From a virus (lineage: Duplodnaviria > Caudoviricetes), in the IMG/VR virus record IMGVR_UViG_3300037467_001409, positions 1 through 35,238 of that record: a DNA stretch of 35,238 bases, one strand, 5' to 3'. The notes below the pieces were generated by a model that worked only from the letters and a program-made list of their open reading frames with translations, had not been told where the DNA came from and searched no databases. Of this stretch, positions 34,584 to 35,238 are shown one piece after another. Within the stretch, counting starts at the first letter, position 1; each line of letters starts with the position of its first letter. Position numbers and translations under genes: made by a program.

Positions 34584-35026
34584 TGGCCGTCGCCTTCCAT
34601 CTGCTCGATCCCGCGCAACAACAGCTCAATCGACGCAGCCGTGAACGTGATATTCCTCTCCGACATCAGCTTATGAATATAGGGCAAGACCGAAGGCGCT
34701 CTGTCCCGCAACAGATGCGGCGGGACCGCAGGGACCGGCTTCGGCCTGCTCGGGTCCGTTCGCCAGTGGGGCGTCTTGTCCTTTGGGCCAAGGGTGCATC
34801 TTCCGCTTTCGACGATACGCACCTGTCTTCCGCGCTGGTAGCACAAGCGGACTATCCAGCCCTTGCGCTCCAGCCGCCGCATGATCCCGGGGATCGTTGA
34901 CACGCTGCTAGCGCCGATCTCCTCCGTCATGTCTTCTATGCTGTCCAGCGGCCTGTTCTCGTTCGCAGCCGCTACGCATATCTCGTAAACCCTGCGCTCG
35001 ATGAATGTCAGCGGCTCCCCGGTCAT
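34580..35026 (-). CDS. LexA-like winged-helix DNA-binding protein (no peptidase domain)
   Basis: LT..ERRVYE.C...S.EDM.E.IG.SS.ST....MRRLERKGWI; start moved to ATG 35026 after GGAGG. Confidence 0.65.
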   Translation of the reverse strand: MTGEPLTFIERRVYEICVAAANENRPLDSIEDMTEEIGASSVSTIPGIMRRLERKGWIVRLCYQRGRQVRIVESGRCTLGPKDKTPHWRTDPSRPKPVPAVPPHLLRDRAPSVLPYIHKLMSERNITFTAASIELLLRGIEQMEGDGQ

Positions 35027-35238
35027 TGCGCTAAGCCTCCGTCGATTGCTGTCAATGGACGCCATTGCTGCTTCGGCTTTTCGGCCAGCGCGTCCGCAAT
35101 CTCCCGCGCGTTCCTGATCTGGCAAGCTCGAAGCAATCTCACCCGCCATTCCGGCGGAACAAGGCTGGCGACGTTGCCTCGGCTGATCGTCATGGCATTG
35201 CCTGAGTTTAGCAGGCGGACGCCGCTCGGCTTGTGCGT
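35023..35238 (-). CDS. 3' part of the junction-spanning hypothetical protein
   Basis: Ends ...WRPLTAIDGGLAQ*; its TGA (35025-35023) overlaps the ATG of the next gene at 35026. Confidence 0.7.
   Translation of the reverse strand, partial: THKPSGVRLLNSGNAMTISRGNVASLVPPEWRVRLLRACQIRNAREIADALAEKPKQQWRPLTAIDGGLAQ
35112..35238 (+). repeat. Terminal direct repeat, copy 2
   Basis: Identical to 1-127. Confidence 0.95.

Larger units (their letters stand above)
1..35238. mobile_element. Complete circularly permuted temperate phage (P22-like podovirus virion module), probable Sphingomonadales host
   Basis: 127-bp terminal direct repeat; integrase plus attP; terminase, portal, scaffold, capsid, tail and ejection genes; no tape-measure or sheath gene; no host housekeeping genes. 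Confidence 0.93.

Noticed and set aside
35112-35238. Biological direct terminal repeat
   Set aside because: 127 bp equals a common assembler k-mer, and the repeat lies inside a gene; an assembly overlap is more likely

Overview
The window reads as one complete, circularly permuted temperate phage genome of 35,111 bp plus a 127-bp terminal overlap. An ORF reads in frame across the junction. Protein families and a tRNA-Met-type att core point to an alphaproteobacterial host, probably Sphingomonadales. Layout: (i) a leftward early operon from 6161 through the junction to about 34368, with an Xis-like HTH, CHC2/TOPRIM primase, AAA_25 helicase, ParB-like protein, a DUF6456/GafZ-like candidate late activator, a GH108 endolysin and a LexA-like winged helix; (ii) a divergent HTH-RmuC-like fusion gene and a tyrosine integrase, followed by an intact attP; (iii) a P22-like podovirus virion operon (TerS, TerL, portal, scaffold, capsid, gp4/gp10-like tail parts, three ejection proteins, beta-helix tailspike); (iv) an antisense SAM-methyltransferase moron, then holin and spanin genes with no endolysin; (v) a second divergent switch around an XRE HTH gene, a secreted Cys-rich moron, an ori-like GTGCG repeat cluster and a serine recombinase. 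The strongest novelty candidates are a 1637-aa ejection protein carrying both an M15 peptidase and an intact thermonuclease domain, an HTH-RmuC-like fusion in the repressor position, and cis-motifs shared between attP, the xis leader and the recombinase leader. All family calls come from reading motifs by eye; no database search was run.
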